Assembly: GCA_035285865.1 (NCBI GenBank)
Contig: JAYKHS010000016.1
Coordinates: 25,695-89,694, forward strand
DNA length: 64,000 nucleotides
Direction of reading: 5' to 3'
Source: Candidatus Sericytochromatia bacterium
GTDB taxonomy: Bacteria; Cyanobacteriota; Sericytochromatia; S15B-MN24; VGJW01
Part shown: one piece after another, positions 18,504-28,421 of the stretch
How positions within the stretch are numbered: position 1 is the stretch's first letter
How the letters are laid out: each line of letters starts with the position of its first letter
The notes under the pieces: model-generated
Seen by the model: the letters and a program-made list of their open reading frames with translations, nothing else
What the model was told of the DNA's origin: nothing
Database searches by the model: none
Made by a program: the position numbers and the translations under genes

Positions 18504-19355
18504 CTAGAGCCCCCGCACCTCCGAGGTGTAGCCCTTGAGCGTGCAATCGGCGACATCGACGCCGGAGGGCACGTTCGCGGGAAACAGGGCCCCTACATGC
18601 GGGGCATCCTTGCGATCCACCGGACTGGCCTTGCTGGTCGACAGGGTGAAGTAGCCGTTGTCCAGCAGGTTCCACTGGTCGATCTTGTATCCCGAGCGCT
18701 CGGTGGTGGCGGCGATCGAGTTGTCTTCAAGCGGGGGAGCGGCTTGCACCACGAGGTTGGCCTGAATCCGAGGTCGGGTCACGAGGGAATCCGGCGCGAG
18801 CAGATTCAGCGGAATCGTCAGTTCGAGAATGTCCTGCGGCGCACCGGGCGCCGTCCCGCGCGAGCTGGTGACCTTCCAGTCCTGGTTCTCGATGAGCGGC
18901 GGCCTAGCCGCGATGACGGGCAGGACCACCCGGGTGTTCGTGGCCGGATCGTACGTCTGCTCCCAGTGCTCGACGCGACGGCCGCCAGCCGTGGTGTAGA
19001 CGAAGGCATTCGTCCACGAGTTGGGTTCGAGGGCCTGCTTGAACAAGGTACCCGGGGGCACGGATATGGAGGCCATGTCGCTGCCCAGATACATGGGGAA
19101 GTCGGCACCGATGATGGGGCGATCGCGCAACCAAGGTCCGAAGGTTTTGGGACCTTGGCCCTCTTGGCCGGAGATGTCGACCACAAAGAAGATGCGCACC
19201 CGGGGATCGTCAGGGATGCGTCCCTGGACCTGAATCCTGAAAATCAGGCTGTTCCGGGCCGCGGGATCGGTCGCGCGGTTGGCGCACGCCGCCCCGAGCA
19301 ACGCCAGCACGGTAACAATCAGGGCGGCCGGCCAGAGGCGAACGGCAGCGATCAT
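18504..19355 (-). CDS. hypothetical lipoprotein
   Basis: MIAAVRLWP...LLGAAC lipobox; ATGA overlap with the upstream lptD-like stop. Confidence 0.75.
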   Translation of the reverse strand: MIAAVRLWPAALIVTVLALLGAACANRATDPAARNSLIFRIQVQGRIPDDPRVRIFFVVDISGQEGQGPKTFGPWLRDRPIIGADFPMYLGSDMASISVPPGTLFKQALEPNSWTNAFVYTTAGGRRVEHWEQTYDPATNTRVVLPVIAARPPLIENQDWKVTSSRGTAPGAPQDILELTIPLNLLAPDSLVTRPRIQANLVVQAAPPLEDNSIAATTERSGYKIDQWNLLDNGYFTLSTSKASPVDRKDAPHVGALFPANVPSGVDVADCTLKGYTSEVRGL

Positions 19356-22300
19356 GGCAAAGTACCTCCTCCGCCACCGAGGGCCGATCCGAGTGAACCG
19401 AGGCCGCCCCCGACCCCGAGGCCCTGGTTCGAGAAGCTGAAAATGTCCGTGTTGAAGGCGGTCATGCGCAAGCGCACCATGAACGACTCGAACTGCCGAT
19501 CGTACTCGAACGACAGGATGAAATCGTGCAGGTCGCGCGAGATGCCGACCCGACGCAACCTGTAGGTCCTCGCATCCGGGTCCCCCGGTACGGGCACGGC
19601 CCCGGGAATCGAGGTGACGAGGTCGAAGGAACCACCGGCGAATACCTCCCAATGACTATCCCAGGACTGGCCGAACGACGCCACGAGATCGTTCGTCAGG
19701 CTGGCCAGCTTGCCTTTCTCGGGATCGAAGTTGAGCTGGGTGACGAGTTGCACGCCCTCGTTGAGCTTCTCGCGTCCCCAACCGCCCCCGAAGGCCTCGG
19801 GCGTCGAGCGCAGCGTCAGGCCGAGGGCCGTGTTGCCCCACTTGCCCCCGGTGGGCTCGAAGTACTCGGTTTCGCGGAATCGATAACTGCTGGTCAAGGT
19901 GCCCGTGACGCGCGGGTCGGGCGTCAGGTTGAGCGTGCTGACATAGTCGCCGTAACGCCTGCGCTGGTAGTCGTACGAGAGCCGGTGCGTCCAGTCCAGC
20001 TTGCCGGTGAGCGCGAGCCGCTCCTCGATGTCGAGTTGGCTGAGCTGCGTCAGGGCCAGGGCATCGAACTGGAAGGGCGTGGTCGACTTCCGGACGGGAT
20101 CAGGGTCGTCTGCCCCGCCCGGGGCGATGCGCTTGTAGGTCAGCGTCTGCCTGAGCGCCTCGCCGACCTGCGAGACCATCGCGGCATTCACGTTCAGTAC
20201 GAAGGCGGCGTCCCCGGTGCTGTAAAAGCGTTGGTTGAAACCCGTGCCGCCAAGGTCCACGGTCGTCCCGGGCCAGATGCCATGCGCCTTTGAGCCAAGG
20301 GACAATGAAGGGTTGAATCGGGCGATGGCCCCGAGGTAGGGCCGGATCGCCGGGGAGTTCAGGGCGGTATCGCGCGAGAGCAGCGGATATTGGTTCCACT
20401 CGAAGTATCGACCGGCATCCAGCCCCAGCGTGACAGGCTGGAAGTCCGTGAAGAGCGGCTTCAGGTTCAGGTCCAGCTCGGGCAGCTTGTCGACGTAGTT
20501 GCGGGAGCGGATGTTCTTCGCCTCGAGTCCATTGGGCTGGAAGAGCAGCAGCTTGCCCATGCTGACGCGACTGCTGGCCCAGCCAAGATCCTGGTTCAGG
20601 TCCAGCTTCTCTTCCAGTTCCTCGACCTCGGTCGGCAGGGTCGACCCGAAGGCCGCAGGCGCTCGCGTGCGTCGGTAGCGCTGGCTCCACGAGGCTCGGG
20701 CCCCGGTGCCGAACTGCTGATCAATCTGGAGGTTGCCGTCGAGGTTGGTGTTCTCGAGCTTGGCCGGGTCGGTCGTCGTCGGGGCAAAGATGCCCGTGGC
20801 ACCGGGCCGAGGCCGAGGCAGGTTCGTCTGGGAGTTGGTCTGGAAACGCACCGAAGTGCCGTCACGGGACCAAGAGGCATTGGCCCCATAGGAAGTCGAC
20901 AGCTGGAACAGCTGCCCGCGCGTGCCCCGCTCGTCCCGGAACTGGCGGGACAAGCCCCAGTTCACGCCGTTGCGCTGGTCCGTCAGCTGCAGCGTATGGG
21001 CCGCATGATCCTGACGGTAGTCCTTGGTCGCAAGCGCTTCCTCGGTAAGCCCCGTCCGCTGGAGGTTATTGCCGACGACGGCCTGGGCGTTGGCCAACGT
21101 GTAGAGGTTCCAGTCCTCGAAGGACAGGTCGAGCGTCATCGTGTCCAGCAGGCGTTGCTGGTGCCGGACCTTCCACATGCGATCGTCGAAGGGACGGCGA
21201 TTCTCGGGGTCCAGCCCGTGGACCGCCAGAGAGCCCGAGGGTGCCGCGTCGGGCAACAACAGCCCGAAGGCATCGAGCTGGGTCATCGACCGCGAGCCGT
21301 TGGCGATCTGGTGGGAGACCCCGAAACCCGGTCCCTTCTTCTGCAGCATGTGCAGGAACAGCGTGCCGGAGTGATTGGGATCCAACTGATAGCCGAAGCC
21401 GGTCTTGGCGAAGAGTCCCTCGATCTCGTTCTGACCGAACTCGGCCCGACTCTCGCGCTTCTTCAGGGGCAACCAGAACGAGGGCAACCAGATGCTGCGC
21501 TTGTTATTGACGTTGACCCAGGCATTCCAGCCGAGTACGTAATCATCCGGCACCAGTTCGATGCGCTCTGCCTGAATGTGGTAATGCGGCGTGATCTCCT
21601 GCTGGACCTCCTCGCACGTGCTGACCACGCCGCGCTTCAGGAAGAAGCGGGTGCGACCGGTGGTCGAGAGCTCGTCTGCCGTGACATAGAGAATCTGGCC
21701 CGACTGCGGTGCCGGCACCGTGAGGTAGGCGTTGCGGACCGTGGCATCCCGACTGTCCAGATGGAAGGTCAGGCCCTTGCCGGTGATGCGCTGGGTCCCG
21801 CCCGAGGCAGCCTGCAGCAGGGTGAAGGGCCGGTCGGTCCGGACTACCTTCCTGTCCTGGTCATACTCGAGCCAGTCCGTCTCGAGGCTCATGTCCTGAT
21901 ACTGAAGGGACACGTGGCCCTCGGCCCGGCCGACCCGGGCGGCACGGTCCTGCCGCAGGACATCGGCCTTCAAGCGGACGGTGGACGACCCCGTCGCCGG
22001 TGCCGGCAGAGGCTTCGCCTCGAGCGGAATGTCACCCGTGGCCTCCGCCTGGTCCGGATCGGGCAGGGCGGATCGGGATGCGGTCGCCCCGGGGATGTAG
22101 GGAGGAGGCGTCGGCTCGGGCCGGGGCGTGCCCGCGCCCTGGAGCGAACCGGGCCGAGCTGACGCGGCGCCGCGCGGATCCGGCACAACTGGCCGAGCAG
22201 GTGCCGGCAGCACGGGTCCTGCGGGCCGCGCTGCCGGGGCAGGGAGAGCGCCGGCAGTGGGCATGGGCGCCACGGGAGCCGACTGAGCCAAGGCCGGCGC

Positions 22301-22360
22301 GGGCACTCCGGCCAGCATGGCCAGCGACAAGAGCAGCGTCCACGCCCGGGTGCAGGCCAT
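19352..22360 (-). CDS. lptD: LptD-like LPS assembly outer-membrane protein
   Basis: signal peptide, Pro-rich region, OstA-like jellyroll, STC...PHYHIQA motif, long beta-rich C-terminus; directly follows lptF/G. Confidence 0.75.
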   Translation of the reverse strand: MACTRAWTLLLSLAMLAGVPAPALAQSAPVAPMPTAGALPAPAARPAGPVLPAPARPVVPDPRGAASARPGSLQGAGTPRPEPTPPPYIPGATASRSALPDPDQAEATGDIPLEAKPLPAPATGSSTVRLKADVLRQDRAARVGRAEGHVSLQYQDMSLETDWLEYDQDRKVVRTDRPFTLLQAASGGTQRITGKGLTFHLDSRDATVRNAYLTVPAPQSGQILYVTADELSTTGRTRFFLKRGVVSTCEEVQQEITPHYHIQAERIELVPDDYVLGWNAWVNVNNKRSIWLPSFWLPLKKRESRAEFGQNEIEGLFAKTGFGYQLDPNHSGTLFLHMLQKKGPGFGVSHQIANGSRSMTQLDAFGLLLPDAAPSGSLAVHGLDPENRRPFDDRMWKVRHQQRLLDTMTLDLSFEDWNLYTLANAQAVVGNNLQRTGLTEEALATKDYRQDHAAHTLQLTDQRNGVNWGLSRQFRDERGTRGQLFQLSTSYGANASWSRDGTSVRFQTNSQTNLPRPRPGATGIFAPTTTDPAKLENTNLDGNLQIDQQFGTGARASWSQRYRRTRAPAAFGSTLPTEVEELEEKLDLNQDLGWASSRVSMGKLLLFQPNGLEAKNIRSRNYVDKLPELDLNLKPLFTDFQPVTLGLDAGRYFEWNQYPLLSRDTALNSPAIRPYLGAIARFNPSLSLGSKAHGIWPGTTVDLGGTGFNQRFYSTGDAAFVLNVNAAMVSQVGEALRQTLTYKRIAPGGADDPDPVRKSTTPFQFDALALTQLSQLDIEERLALTGKLDWTHRLSYDYQRRRYGDYVSTLNLTPDPRVTGTLTSSYRFRETEYFEPTGGKWGNTALGLTLRSTPEAFGGGWGREKLNEGVQLVTQLNFDPEKGKLASLTNDLVASFGQSWDSHWEVFAGGSFDLVTSIPGAVPVPGDPDARTYRLRRVGISRDLHDFILSFEYDRQFESFMVRLRMTAFNTDIFSFSNQGLGVGGGLGSLGSALGGGGGTLP

Positions 22361-23442
22361 CACCGGCGGTCCACCCGCCAGAGCAGGCCCACGCCAACGA
22401 CCGCATAGAGGACATTCTGGCTCCACGCGGCCCACTGGGGCGGCAGCATGCCGGCATTGCCCATCGAACGCGAGATGGACATGACCACGTAGTACACGGC
22501 CACGAGGGCGATGGTCAGCGACACGCCGATGAAGATGCCCAGACGCCCGAAACGGAAGCCCAGCGGGGCCGCCAGCAGGGCAACCACGACCGCTGCGAGC
22601 GGCAGGCTGAACTTCAGGTGGTAATCGACCTCGGCTGACTTCGTGTCGACGCCGGCCGCCTTGAGCGTGCGAATCTGCTGGCCGAGTTCGGCCGAGGTCT
22701 GCTCCTGCGGCGAAAGCTCTCCGTTGCGGTAATAGGCCTGAGGATCCTGGCCGACCTCGACGGTCCGGACCGAGAAGGGCGTTTCCTCGACCACGAAGAC
22801 CCCGTCCGGTCCGTAGCGATGCTCGACGCCGTCCTGCAGATCCCAGCGCGTGCCGTTCCAGGTGCCGTTGCGTGCCGTCAGCACCACGCCGTAAGGCCCC
22901 TTTCTGTCGATGACGATGGCGTCATAGAGCATGTTGGTGCGCTCGTCGACTTGCCGGACATAGAAGGTGCGGTCGCCATCCCCGCGGAAGAAAACATTGT
23001 CCTTGAAGACAGCCTTGGTCTGCTTGAGCATCAGGGTCCGCACGAGGTCAACCACCTGGCGGTTCGACCACGGCACCAGCTGGTCGTTGCAGAGATAGCC
23101 CGCACCCGCCACGAGGACGGCACCGGCGAGCACGGGGGCGCACAGGCGCCGGAAGCTGACCCCGCACGCACGCAGGGCCACGATCTCGAAGTCGCGGCTC
23201 ATGCGGCCCACGGCGATCAGGGTCGCGAAGAGGTAGGCGACAGGAAAGGTGATGACGAGGATCGCCGGCAGGTTATAGAGCAGCAGCCGCGCGACCACGT
23301 CCACGGGGACGCCGCTCTGCACGATCAGCGACGCGTAGATGTAGAGCAGGTTGATGAGGTTCATCACCAGAAACCCGCCCACGCCCGCCAGGAAGGGTCG
23401 GACCAGCTCACGCAGGATGTAGCGATCGGCGATGGCAGCCAT
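22360..23442 (-). CDS. lptG: LptF/LptG family permease
   Basis: DRYILREL, EIVALRACGVS, YHLKFSLPLA, AAWSQN; F versus G assigned by gene order only. Confidence 0.88.
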   Translation of the reverse strand: MAAIADRYILRELVRPFLAGVGGFLVMNLINLLYIYASLIVQSGVPVDVVARLLLYNLPAILVITFPVAYLFATLIAVGRMSRDFEIVALRACGVSFRRLCAPVLAGAVLVAGAGYLCNDQLVPWSNRQVVDLVRTLMLKQTKAVFKDNVFFRGDGDRTFYVRQVDERTNMLYDAIVIDRKGPYGVVLTARNGTWNGTRWDLQDGVEHRYGPDGVFVVEETPFSVRTVEVGQDPQAYYRNGELSPQEQTSAELGQQIRTLKAAGVDTKSAEVDYHLKFSLPLAAVVVALLAAPLGFRFGRLGIFIGVSLTIALVAVYYVVMSISRSMGNAGMLPPQWAAWSQNVLYAVVGVGLLWRVDRR

Positions 23443-24527
23443 CAGCGCCTGTCCACCCGGGACAAGAGGCCAAGCCCCACGATGCCGAAGACCAGATTCT
23501 GCATCCACGCCGCCAGCACCGGATGAAGGTAGCCGGCCTGGCCCATCGCCTGGAAGGTCTGCATCGCAGTGTAGTAAAGGAATACGAGGATGACCGAAAG
23601 TGCCACGCCGATGTAAGGACCGAGCCGCGAGAAGAGCATCCCGAGGGGAGCCGAGATGAGCGCGGCCGCGAAGGTCGCCAGCGGCACGCTGAACTTCATG
23701 TGATAGGCCACCTCGAGGGCGTGCGTGTCCCCGCCCTGCTTCTTGAGCTGGGAGATCTGCTTGTCGAGGTTGGATGCGTTGAGGCCGGCCGGGTCCAGCT
23801 CAGAGCCAAGCATGGGATTGTCCATCCGGAACTGGATGCGCAATTTCCGAAAGCGGATCTCGTGGTCCACGTGCCCGGTGTCGCCGAACTTGCGTACCTC
23901 GCCGTCCTCGAGCACCCATACGCCCGTATCCGCGGCCGACAGCCAGCGACCCTTGCGGGCGGTGATGAGCTGGGGCCAGCCGGGCCGCCCCTGGTCCAGG
24001 ATCAGGATGTCCTGCATCTCGCTGGTCCGCGGATCGATGGCCTTGACGTAGAAACTGCGGTTTTCCGTGCCCTTGAAGAACACATTGGGCCGGATGACCG
24101 GGCGCAAGGAGGCCTTCATCAGGGCCGCCTTGGTCTCCTTGATCCGCTGGTTGCTCCAGGGGACGACAACATCGTTGAAAAAGAAATTGGCCATCGAGAC
24201 CAAGGCGGCACCGAGCAGGATGGGGGCGAGGATACGCTTGACCGAGATGCCCCCGCTGCGCAAGGCGATGATCTCGAAGTCGCGGGCCATCCGACCGATG
24301 CCCAGCAGGCTCGAGAACAGGTAGGCCACCGGAAAGGCCAGCACCATCACGCTGGGCAGCGTGTAGAGCAGCAGCATCAGCACGGGGCCGGGCGAGGCGC
24401 CCGCCGTGAAGATCAGGTCCGTGAAGCTCGAGAGCGTGAAGCTGAGCATCAGGACAATGAAGCCGAGCACTCCGACGAAGAACGGTCGGAAGAGCTCGGC
24501 CATGACGTAGCGATCGAGCGTCCGCAT
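23442..24527 (-). CDS. lptF: LptF/LptG family permease
   Basis: LDRYVMAEL, EIIALRSGGIS, YHMKFSVPLA, AAWMQN; F versus G assigned by gene order only. Confidence 0.88.
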   Translation of the reverse strand: MRTLDRYVMAELFRPFFVGVLGFIVLMLSFTLSSFTDLIFTAGASPGPVLMLLLYTLPSVMVLAFPVAYLFSSLLGIGRMARDFEIIALRSGGISVKRILAPILLGAALVSMANFFFNDVVVPWSNQRIKETKAALMKASLRPVIRPNVFFKGTENRSFYVKAIDPRTSEMQDILILDQGRPGWPQLITARKGRWLSAADTGVWVLEDGEVRKFGDTGHVDHEIRFRKLRIQFRMDNPMLGSELDPAGLNASNLDKQISQLKKQGGDTHALEVAYHMKFSVPLATFAAALISAPLGMLFSRLGPYIGVALSVILVFLYYTAMQTFQAMGQAGYLHPVLAAWMQNLVFGIVGLGLLSRVDRR

Positions 24528-24628
24528 GCTGGGGTCGGACCCGGCCGGGGGGTCTGGCCCCCATCATATACCGTGGTCCCCTCCTGCCCGCGCCCGGACA
24601 GGGAAGGCCACGTGTCGCCCGTGCTACC

Positions 24629-26302
24629 ATGACCCTCCCCATGGAGACCGTTCCCCCGACATCCGAGCTGACGTCCACCGTCCCGGCAGCACCGGTCCCC
24701 CGGGGCCGTCACGCTTGGCTGGCAGCCGCCGTCGGAGGTCTGCTGCTTGGCCTTTCTTTTCCGGGTCTCGTCGCGCCAGGAACAGGGCCTGCCATGGTCC
24801 CCGGCTTGCTCGCCTGGGTCGCGTTGGTACCCCTGCTCGCCGTTCTCGGGACGGGCCGAGATTGGCGCGATGACTTCAAGGCGGGCATGGCCTTCGGGGT
24901 CGCCTTCCAGGCCGTTCTCAACCACTGGCTGCTGGCCATGCACCCCCTGACGTGGCTGGGCATTCCTTATGACCTGTCCCTGATCGTCGTCGCGGTCAGC
25001 CTTGTTGGCGTGGCCGTCATCATCGGCCTGGGCTCGGGGTTCTTCGGCGTGCTGTACGGCGACCTCGTCCGCCGCTGGCGTTCCGGGGGCCTGCCGACAG
25101 GAGGCATCCCGTTGCTGGCCGGTTGTGCCTGGATGGTCTTCGAATGGCTCCAGGCCCAAGGTGATCTGGCCTACCCGTGGGGCCCGCTGGCCCTGACCCA
25201 GGTGGAGACACCCCAGGTCCTGCAGGCCCTCTCGCTGGTGGGTCCTTATCCGCTGGGCGGCCTGATGGCCTTCACGGCAGCCGCCATCGTCGAACGCTGG
25301 CGCAACAACCATCCCGTGGTCAAGGTCGTGCCCTGGTTGTTCCTCGGCTGGCTGGGCCTCGGCTATGCCAGCCTGCCCGCGCCAGTCAACGAAGGCGCCG
25401 TCACGGCCGCCGTGGTCCAGGGCAACTTCCCTTCGGATCAGAAGTGGAATCCGGCCCGCCTCGCCACGATGGTCGACCGTTATCTGGACCTGTCCCTCAA
25501 GTCGGGCGCCCGCGTGGTGGTTTGGCCCGAGTCGGCCCTGCCCATCCTCTGGAACGCCCCGGACCGCCCGGACACCCGGGCTGCCCTTGCCCGCATCCGC
25601 GCCCAGTTCCCCGAAGGCGGCGACAGGCGCCTGGTCACCGGGGCTTTCTTCGCCAGTGCCTCGGCCACGGGTGAACCGCCCGACATGATGAACGCCGCCA
25701 CGGTCATCGGTGGGGCAGCAGGCCCGTGGGTGTGGGAGGCCAAGCGTCACCTGGTGCCTTTCGGCGAGTTCCTGCCGTTCCGCGGCATCCTGCCCGACGT
25801 GCTGTCGCGCCTGAACATCCTGTCCCGCGACCTTGCGCGTGGCCAGGGTCCCGTGCCCCTGGACCTCGGGGATGCCGGGGGCAAGGTCGGCACCGGGATC
25901 TGCTTCGACTCGATCTTCCCGTCCGCCTTGTCCGCCGATGCCGCAGCTGGCGCCAACGTGCTGGCCATCGTCACCAATGACGCCTGGTACAAGGACACCA
26001 GCGCCCCCCACCAACATTTCGCGCACGCCATCCTGCGCGCCGTGGAAACCCGCCGCTGGGTGCTCCGGGCCGCCAACACCGGCGTGTCGGGCATCATCGG
26101 TCCCGACGGCAAGGTCCACGTACGGACGGCTACCTTCAGGGAAGCGGTAGCGACGGCCTCATTCGTCCCGGCAACGGACGTCTCGCCCTACAGCTCCTAC
26201 GGGGACTGGCCCATCGGCCTCGCGGGCGTGTTCCTCGTGCTCTCGTGGTTCTCCGCATATGGGCGTACACCCGCCGCGCCGTCGCCGGAGCCCGTTGGGT
26301 GA
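24629..26302 (+). CDS. lnt: apolipoprotein N-acyltransferase
   Basis: VQGN, WPES, KRHLVPFGEF, ICFDS, TNDAW, RAANTG; start may be 24641. Confidence 0.96.
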   Translation: MTLPMETVPPTSELTSTVPAAPVPRGRHAWLAAAVGGLLLGLSFPGLVAPGTGPAMVPGLLAWVALVPLLAVLGTGRDWRDDFKAGMAFGVAFQAVLNHWLLAMHPLTWLGIPYDLSLIVVAVSLVGVAVIIGLGSGFFGVLYGDLVRRWRSGGLPTGGIPLLAGCAWMVFEWLQAQGDLAYPWGPLALTQVETPQVLQALSLVGPYPLGGLMAFTAAAIVERWRNNHPVVKVVPWLFLGWLGLGYASLPAPVNEGAVTAAVVQGNFPSDQKWNPARLATMVDRYLDLSLKSGARVVVWPESALPILWNAPDRPDTRAALARIRAQFPEGGDRRLVTGAFFASASATGEPPDMMNAATVIGGAAGPWVWEAKRHLVPFGEFLPFRGILPDVLSRLNILSRDLARGQGPVPLDLGDAGGKVGTGICFDSIFPSALSADAAAGANVLAIVTNDAWYKDTSAPHQHFAHAILRAVETRRWVLRAANTGVSGIIGPDGKVHVRTATFREAVATASFVPATDVSPYSSYGDWPIGLAGVFLVLSWFSAYGRTPAAPSPEPVG

Positions 26303-26994
26303 ATCGCCTTGGGGCGCTGGTCCACCTGCTCGGGCGTTGGCGGCAAGGCGTGATTGCCCTCGTTGCCGTCGCGCTCATCGTGGTGCCGTGCATCTGGTGG
26401 TTGCGACGACCGGAGATTCCCCGCAACGCCCTGCTCAAGCCCGTCGAAGCACAGATGCGTCCGGAACTCGAGCTCCAGTTCGAGGGCGTCGAGTTACGCG
26501 GTCGTGACAAGGGCATCGCGCGGTGGGAAATCCAGGTGCCCGAAATGACGGCCGGCCAGAACCAGAGGGTCATCGAGTTCGTCGGCAAGCCCCGGGGGCG
26601 TTTCGTCAACCTGAAGGACTGGAAGGCCAATCCCGAGGCCACGTTGCCTCCGGCCACCGTTCCCATCGGTCCGACGCCAAGGCCCGCGGAGACCCCGACG
26701 GTCCGCAGCGTCCGCTGGACCGCACGATCGGCCGAATACGACAACGACTACGAAGAGTTGACCATCCGCGGCGGAGCCACCTTCACGACGGATGACAAGG
26801 ACGTGCTGACCACGGAAGAAGCCCGCTACAAGGTTCGCGAGCACCGGATGAACCTGCCGCGCCGACTCCTCCTGAAGACCCGGGACGGCAAGATGAAGGT
26901 GCAGGCCGACAAGGCCTCGGCCGACACCCAGCTCGAAGTACTGGAGCTGGCCGGCCGGGTGCGCATCGACTCGGCAGGCGAGGGCACTCGCTGA
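26299..26994 (+). CDS. lptC: LptC-like periplasmic protein
   Basis: single N-terminal TM helix, beta-jellyroll pattern (WTARSAEYD, LTTEEARY, LELAGRV); GTGA overlap with lnt. Confidence 0.68.
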   Translation: MNRLGALVHLLGRWRQGVIALVAVALIVVPCIWWLRRPEIPRNALLKPVEAQMRPELELQFEGVELRGRDKGIARWEIQVPEMTAGQNQRVIEFVGKPRGRFVNLKDWKANPEATLPPATVPIGPTPRPAETPTVRSVRWTARSAEYDNDYEELTIRGGATFTTDDKDVLTTEEARYKVREHRMNLPRRLLLKTRDGKMKVQADKASADTQLEVLELAGRVRIDSAGEGTR

Positions 26995-28397
26995 TGCCGC
27001 ACTCCATTACCAACCGCCTCCTGCGCCATGGCCTCATCGCGCTGCTGGCCGGCGTCGTGGGCATGCCGGGCTGGTTCGTCGACGCCCGGGCCGTGGCCCA
27101 CGATCTGCCGGATGCCCCCGAGGCCCCGCGGCGACCGGCGCCGCTCCCCGAAGTCCAGTCGCCGACACGGCCCGGTTCCGCGGCTCAAGCCAGCGCGTCC
27201 CGCCCCGCCGCCCCATTGCCCGCACCCGAATCGCCAGCGACGCCCTCCCGCTCCCCGGCACCGGCCAGCCCGCCGCCGCGCAAACCGAGCCCGGAACCGA
27301 CGCTGCGCCCGCGCGTCCTGCCTCCGGCCGTGCCGGCCCCGCGCAGTCTGCCGCCTGCCTTGGCAGCCTCGCCCCTGCCCCTTCCGCCAGTGCTTCCGAG
27401 TGGCACCGTGCCGCTGCCCCCGCCGATGCCGCTCGCCTCCTACCCCCCGTTGCCACCGATTCGGACGCTCAAGGTCCGACCGCCCGGAGACCCGCTGCCC
27501 GAGGGCACCGTGCGCATCCTTTCGGATCAGGTCCGGTACGACCGCGCCACGCGCCTTGCGCTGGTGAAAGGCAACGTGCGCATCCACCAGTCGGACAGCG
27601 TCATCGCGACCAGCGAAGCCCGCTATGACCAGAAAGGCCGCGTCACGACCATCGACGTGCCCTTCGAGCTGGTCCAGGACCAGAAAGGCGAACCGCGCAC
27701 GACGGTGCAGGGCCTGCGCATGCGCAACGAGCATGACCGCCGGCTCATCACCGTGGACGGAGACGTCGAACTGGTCCGGGTCGGCAATCCGACCTCACGG
27801 CCCGACGATGCAAGCCGCAAGGCCAAGCTGCGCAATGCCTTCCGCAAGGAGGACATGGTCATCCGGGCCGATCACATGGACTATCAGGCCCGCACGAAGG
27901 ATGCGGCATTCACGGGCAAGGTCCGGTTCATCCAGCGCGAGAAGAATGCCACGGGCGACCGGGCGCGCGTCGACCATGCCAAACAGACCGTCACGCTCGA
28001 CGACCATGTGGTGCTGACGCAGCTCAAGGGCGACTGGTTGGCCCGCGAGGGCCTCGTCGACACCAGCCAACCGGATGCCGACCGCGACAAGGCTCTTGCC
28101 GAGCGCACGGTCATCATCGGGGATCACCTCGTCGTGGACCAGCGCACGAGTGACGCCACCATGACCGGGAGCGTCGTGACCGTGGCGCAGAAAGGTCGCC
28201 GGGTCACGGGCCGCCGCGCCGACTACAAGGACAGCGACCAGACCATCACGATCACGCAGGACGTGCTCGTGCAGCGGGACGACGGCAGCTTCATGAAGGC
28301 CCAGAAGGCCGTCTTCCACACGGAGCAGGACCGCTTCGAGGCGTTCGGCGCAGCCGGCACTCAGGTCGAGACCGAGTTCGACCTCGACAGCAACTGA
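26994..28397 (+). CDS. lptA: LptA/OstA-family protein with long Pro-rich N-terminus
   Basis: signal peptide, KGNVRIHQ, IRADHMDY, FTGKVRF, TGRRADY OstA-like repeats. Confidence 0.72.
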   Translation: MPHSITNRLLRHGLIALLAGVVGMPGWFVDARAVAHDLPDAPEAPRRPAPLPEVQSPTRPGSAAQASASRPAAPLPAPESPATPSRSPAPASPPPRKPSPEPTLRPRVLPPAVPAPRSLPPALAASPLPLPPVLPSGTVPLPPPMPLASYPPLPPIRTLKVRPPGDPLPEGTVRILSDQVRYDRATRLALVKGNVRIHQSDSVIATSEARYDQKGRVTTIDVPFELVQDQKGEPRTTVQGLRMRNEHDRRLITVDGDVELVRVGNPTSRPDDASRKAKLRNAFRKEDMVIRADHMDYQARTKDAAFTGKVRFIQREKNATGDRARVDHAKQTVTLDDHVVLTQLKGDWLAREGLVDTSQPDADRDKALAERTVIIGDHLVVDQRTSDATMTGSVVTVAQKGRRVTGRRADYKDSDQTITITQDVLVQRDDGSFMKAQKAVFHTEQDRFEAFGAAGTQVETEFDLDSN

Positions 28398-28421
28398 ACC
28401 AGCCCAGGGCGCAGCCCGCGA

